Position numbers and translations under genes: made by a program. DNA of 10,830 nt from a virus, in the UHGV virus genome UHGV-2152145, one strand, 5' to 3'. The number at the start of each line of letters is the position of its first letter. The stretch's first letter is position 1. This document shows positions 7,561 through 10,830 of this stretch, in pieces. A model generated the notes under the pieces. That model searched no databases. It was not told the DNA's origin and saw only the letters and a program-made list of their open reading frames with translations.

Positions 7561-7805
7561 AGATGACAGAACTGGTTCCCGGAGTGCTGACAAGTCCGGG
7601 CGTCCCTCCCGCCAGTCAGCGTAAGGCGGTTGAACTGGTCAATCGCTTCCGTCGTGGAGAGCGGAATTATCATGAACTGAAGGAAAGGGGATTTGGTTAT
7701 TTCAAGATTGATGTTGGTCCTGACTGGCGGTTACTGAGCCGGAATAAAGGGCTGACCTGGGCCCTGTTGAGTCATGAACGATACAACAACATGAGACTGA
7801 AGTGA
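7557..7805 (+). CDS. Small hypothetical protein (82 aa); weak resemblance to HigB/RelE-superfamily toxin C-terminal core
   Basis: ATG 7557 overlaps the upstream stop (ATGA) and follows AAGGAG (7545-7550). The C-terminal half GFGYFKIDVGPDWRLLSRNKGLTWALLSHERYNN resembles the HigB-like pattern (Gxxxxxi.V...WRl....followed by an aromatic/His near the C-terminus). This is a by-eye pattern match only. Confidence 0.5.
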   Translation: MKMTELVPGVLTSPGVPPASQRKAVELVNRFRRGERNYHELKERGFGYFKIDVGPDWRLLSRNKGLTWALLSHERYNNMRLK

Positions 7806-7814
7806 GGTGGAAAG

Positions 7815-8072
7815 ATGAGTAATGCAGCAAGACTCCAGCTGGGTTTTTCTCCGTTTTCAAAAACTATCGTGCTGGCAAAAATGCGTAATCTTGACGACGG
7901 AACCAGTCTTCGTGTCGGTAATGATCCCGGCCGCGATGTAACCAATGAGGCGGCTCAGCTTGTCTGGCATCTGGTCATGGCAGAAGGTGGTGAAATTATG
8001 TGGGAAATGGACGATGGCTCCCGCATGGTGCTGAAGGCTGAAAGTCAGGAGGCAACCAGTGAGCAAGATTAA
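7815..8072 (+). CDS. Small acidic hypothetical protein (85 aa)
   Basis: ATG 7815 is preceded by GAGGTGG (7803-7809). No HTH or other recognisable motif. The 3' end overlaps the next gene start by 14 nt. Confidence 0.5.
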   Translation: MSNAARLQLGFSPFSKTIVLAKMRNLDDGTSLRVGNDPGRDVTNEAAQLVWHLVMAEGGEIMWEMDDGSRMVLKAESQEATSEQD

Positions 8073-8727
8073 CTACCAGGCACTGCGTGAGGCGGCAGAG
8101 CAGGCAATGCATGACGACTGGGGATTTGACACGGATCTTTTCCATGAGCTGGTAACACCATCGATTGTGCAGGCACTGCTGGATGAACGGGAAGCCAAAA
8201 GCAAACTCCTGGCCGAACTGGACGCTAATTTATCCGAACTGGAGGCTGTTTTATCGGCGATGGGCGAAGAGCTCCAGAAAGCGACTGAGTCAATTGAGCG
8301 GGCTGATGCGGCTGCTACGTTGGCACACGAGACGTTTTCGGCGCTGGCGGCGGAGAATGCGATACTGAAGACAGCACTTCCTCAACCATTCGGACCTGAA
8401 ATGATGAAGGCTCTTGATGCGTATGAGAAGCACCAGGATGAAGTACCAGAGGCAGGAATGCTCAATGCATTTTTCATCTTACGCGACAGCATCTGTGTTG
8501 AAACCCCAGCCACCGATGCTTTCCTGGCTGAAGTACGGGCGCAGGGGGGGGATGCTGCTATAGAAGCTGCAAAAAATCTGGTGGCTCAGGAATATGAGTA
8601 TAAGGATTTCAAAGCGGCGCAGAGTGATTGCTGTATGTTTCCTGGTTCAGACTTGGTAGGGAAGGTTGAAATGACCGAGTGGTTAGTTGACTTTGCCGCA
8701 GAGCTTCGCAAAGGAGGCAACCAGTGA
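8059..8727 (+). CDS. Hypothetical coiled-coil protein (222 aa); shares its RBS and first ~12 codons with the next gene
   Basis: GTG 8059 is preceded by AGGAGG (8047-8052). The N-terminus MSKINYQALREAAEQA is near-identical to the start of 8724..9458; from memory this resembles ead/Ea22-like prophage proteins. The central region is helical/coiled-coil in character. Confidence 0.6.
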   Translation: MSKINYQALREAAEQAMHDDWGFDTDLFHELVTPSIVQALLDEREAKSKLLAELDANLSELEAVLSAMGEELQKATESIERADAAATLAHETFSALAAENAILKTALPQPFGPEMMKALDAYEKHQDEVPEAGMLNAFFILRDSICVETPATDAFLAEVRAQGGDAAIEAAKNLVAQEYEYKDFKAAQSDCCMFPGSDLVGKVEMTEWLVDFAAELRKGGNQ

Positions 8728-9458
8728 ACAAGATTGACTATCAGGCACTGCGTAAGGCAGCACAAAACTATCAGTCGACGCTGGCGTGGTATCAGTCCAT
8801 CCCGGACAGCCCAAATGCTGAACGGGATTGTGATGCGGCTCTGGCTGCGTTTAAGCATCACATCCGTCATCGGGAAGTGGATATTATCTCCGGGCTGTTG
8901 GATGAGCTGGACGAAAAACAGCAATACATTAAATCCCGCGACCAGGAGAATGAGGATATTGCTCTTACGGTTGGGAAGCTGAGAGTTGAGCTTGAGGAAG
9001 TAAAACAACACGCTGAAGAATTATCCGAAACCAACGCTGTTCGTAACCAATGGCGGCCAGATATTTGCCCAATAACCGGACGTGCATTTTTCATGTGGAT
9101 TGAGCATCCGACATTGGGAAATGTGCCGACGTATGGTGGCCCATTAGACAGTTACACCATTCCAACAAAGGACGGTGACGGTGAGTTTTCATGTGAGCGT
9201 TACGATCATGATTTCGGCGGTTGGGTAGAAAGCGAATGTCCTGGGTTATATCTGATTGATGATAAAGAACAATGCAGAGTCTACGAACTGGAGGAACGAG
9301 TTAAGGAACTGGATGCTCGGGAAATATCGCTCCCGGAACGTAGCAGTATGCTTCATCGAACAGATTTTAACGAGGCTTACCACACGGTAATGGCATACAA
9401 AGTTTCTGAAGTCATCGCTGCAATCCGCGTCGCTGGCATTCGCATCAAAGGAGAGTGA
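8724..9458 (+). CDS. Hypothetical protein (244 aa), mosaic: head shared with 8059..8727, tail shared with 10391..10606
   Basis: GTG 8724 is preceded by AAGGAGG (8711-8717). N-terminus MNKIDYQALRKAA; C-terminus ...AAIRVAGIRIKGE matches the C-terminus ...CTAAGIRIKGEQVK of 10391..10606. Overlaps the upstream stop by 4 nt. Confidence 0.6.
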   Translation: MNKIDYQALRKAAQNYQSTLAWYQSIPDSPNAERDCDAALAAFKHHIRHREVDIISGLLDELDEKQQYIKSRDQENEDIALTVGKLRVELEEVKQHAEELSETNAVRNQWRPDICPITGRAFFMWIEHPTLGNVPTYGGPLDSYTIPTKDGDGEFSCERYDHDFGGWVESECPGLYLIDDKEQCRVYELEERVKELDAREISLPERSSMLHRTDFNEAYHTVMAYKVSEVIAAIRVAGIRIKGE

Positions 9459-9459
9459 T

Positions 9460-9975
9460 ATGGCGTTAACACACCGCGAACTCTGTCAGATTGCGTACAA
9501 GTTCCTTAAGCGCAACGGGTTCAAGGTTTGCTTTCATGACCGCTTTATAGCTGTAACCAGCACTGGAGAACAGCCAGATGCTATGGGATTCAGAAATTCA
9601 GCATCATGCCTGATAGAGGTGAAGTGTTCTCGTTCTGATTTGTTGGCAGATAGAAAAAAGCGTTTCCGTAAAAATCCCTCTCTTGGCATGGGCGACTGGC
9701 GATTCTTTATTAGTGAGCCGGGAATTATTTCAGTTGAGGATTTACCTCCTGGCTGGGGATTACTTCACGTTGTTAACGGAAGAGTTCGGAAAGTACATGG
9801 ATGGCCCAGGGGTAATTGCTGTTGGGGTAATCCTGACGATAAGCCATTTACCGGGAATAAGCAGGTTGAATGCGATTACATGTTATCTGCATTAAGGCGG
9901 ATGGAGTTGAGAGGGCACCTTAATGAAATATATGACGGTGTAATTGTTAATAAGAAAGAAGGAAACGCGGCATGA
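9460..9975 (+). CDS. Candidate PD-(D/E)xK-fold nuclease (171 aa); visibly more AT-rich than its neighbours
   Basis: Motif arrangement GEQPDAMGF...(about 10 aa)...CLIEVKCS fits the PD-(D/E)xK core (PD, then hydrophobic strand ending E-x-K), with an upstream acidic residue in HRELCQ. ATG 9460 follows AAGGAG. By eye the composition is AT-richer than the flanking core genes. Confidence 0.55.
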   Translation: MALTHRELCQIAYKFLKRNGFKVCFHDRFIAVTSTGEQPDAMGFRNSASCLIEVKCSRSDLLADRKKRFRKNPSLGMGDWRFFISEPGIISVEDLPPGWGLLHVVNGRVRKVHGWPRGNCCWGNPDDKPFTGNKQVECDYMLSALRRMELRGHLNEIYDGVIVNKKEGNAA

Positions 9976-10394
9976 TCACTATTACCAAAGGACGACTGCT
10001 GACAATCAGGCAGTGGCGCGAAACATACGGACCGGGTAGCAACGTTGTACTGCCAGCAGAAGAAGCGGAAGAACTGGCGCGGATTGCCCTGGCGTCGCTG
10101 GAAGCCGAGCCGGTTGGTGAGTTTTATGAATACAAACCGGGTGACTGGTATCAGCGTTCGGTCGGGGATAAAGCGCCAAAGTGGACACCACTCTACGCTG
10201 TGCCACCAGTGCTTGTGGCACCTGAAGGACTGGTTAAGGCTGTGCGCTTTTATGAACAGGTTAAGCGTGAAAATCCGCCAGTCGAAACCGGAGCATGGAA
10301 AGACGCTGTTGACTGGGTATTACAGGAAGCATGTCAGGCTGTTCATTGGTGCCGACAGATATCAGACCTTCAGGAACAGGAGAATCATTCATGA
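9972..10394 (+). CDS. Hypothetical protein (140 aa)
   Basis: ATG 9972 overlaps the upstream stop (ATGA) and is preceded by GAAGGAAA. No recognisable motif. Confidence 0.55.
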   Translation: MITITKGRLLTIRQWRETYGPGSNVVLPAEEAEELARIALASLEAEPVGEFYEYKPGDWYQRSVGDKAPKWTPLYAVPPVLVAPEGLVKAVRFYEQVKRENPPVETGAWKDAVDWVLQEACQAVHWCRQISDLQEQENHS

Positions 10395-10606
10395 GAAAAA
10401 TCAGTGGAATGTTGAATCTGGAGAAGGCCAGGATGCAGTTGCGTGTTTTGTTATCTGGACCTGTTCCTGCAATCACTCCGATGGCGCATGCCGTGGCAAT
10501 AAAAGTTGTGCTTGATGCTCTGGATGCTAGTGAGCGGAGGGTGGCTGAACTGGAACAGGTCTGTACTGCCGCGGGGATTCGTATCAAAGGGGAACAAGTG
10601 AAATGA
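10391..10606 (+). CDS. Small hypothetical protein (71 aa) with C-terminal AGIRIKGE tail shared with 8724..9458
   Basis: ATG 10391 overlaps the upstream stop (ATGA) and follows AGGAG. The ORF-track start at 10331 lies inside the upstream gene with no RBS. The C-terminal ~15 aa and their nucleotides resemble the 3' end of 8724..9458. Confidence 0.5.
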   Translation: MRKISGMLNLEKARMQLRVLLSGPVPAITPMAHAVAIKVVLDALDASERRVAELEQVCTAAGIRIKGEQVK

Positions 10607-10830
10607 AACTGAAAATGCAGACAATTTCGGGTCCTGTGATTATCGACAGTAATGAGGTGACACAGTTTTACCCGGACCATGAAAGTGGAGGGGAACTCAC
10701 CGCTGTTGAATACTTTACTGACGAGGGAAGATGCACCACCCGGGTACGCCATTCCTTTTATCAGGTTGCTGAGGCACTTGCCAGTGCATGGCATGTGGAT
10801 GATGCATCAAAAAGGAATCGCCGTGGATAA
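10603..10830 (+). CDS. Small hypothetical protein (75 aa)
   Basis: ATG 10603 overlaps the upstream stop (ATGA) and is preceded by AAGGGGAA. Stop TAA falls at the window end (10828-10830). Confidence 0.5.
   Translation: MKLKMQTISGPVIIDSNEVTQFYPDHESGGELTAVEYFTDEGRCTTRVRHSFYQVAEALASAWHVDDASKRNRRG

Noticed and set aside
10261-10794. 177-aa minus-strand ORF antisense to the last three + strand genes
   Set aside because: Its low-complexity Ser/Thr/Ala-rich translation overlaps three tightly coupled + strand genes with good RBSs, so it is most likely spurious.
1-10830. CRISPR arrays, tRNA/rRNA genes, integrase or transposase, and attachment-site repeats
   Set aside because: No short regularly spaced repeats, no tRNA-like cloverleaf candidates and no recombinase motifs were seen on either strand. 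The only long repeat is the 206-bp leader duplication, which lacks terminal inverted repeats or transposase coding capacity.

Overview
This window looks like the maintenance/replication module of a mobile element, in the style of the ParA-DnaB-ParB backbone of PAPI-1/SPI-7/ICEHin1056-type integrative elements (family assignment is from memory of gene order, not a search). Almost all supportable genes are on the + strand: a complete ParA/Soj ATPase (1..879), two hypothetical genes, a DnaB-family helicase (3261..4649), a ParB-like protein with a long acidic tail (4639..6264), a DUF2786-like protein, and then a chain of translationally coupled small genes running to the window end. No tRNA, rRNA, CRISPR array, integrase or transposase is visible. 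The most unusual structure is a ~206-bp direct repeat (1751..1956 and 3032..3237) placed immediately upstream of both a hypothetical gene and dnaB, carrying two conserved palindromes and, on the minus strand, an RBS plus the identical first 11 codons of two otherwise unrelated ORFs. The second notable region is 8059..10830, where neighbouring genes share near-identical 5' heads and 3' tails and enclose a visibly AT-richer gene with a PD-(D/E)xK nuclease-like motif. A small HigB/RelE-like candidate sits at 7557..7805. All functional calls rest on motifs read by eye; none was checked against a database.
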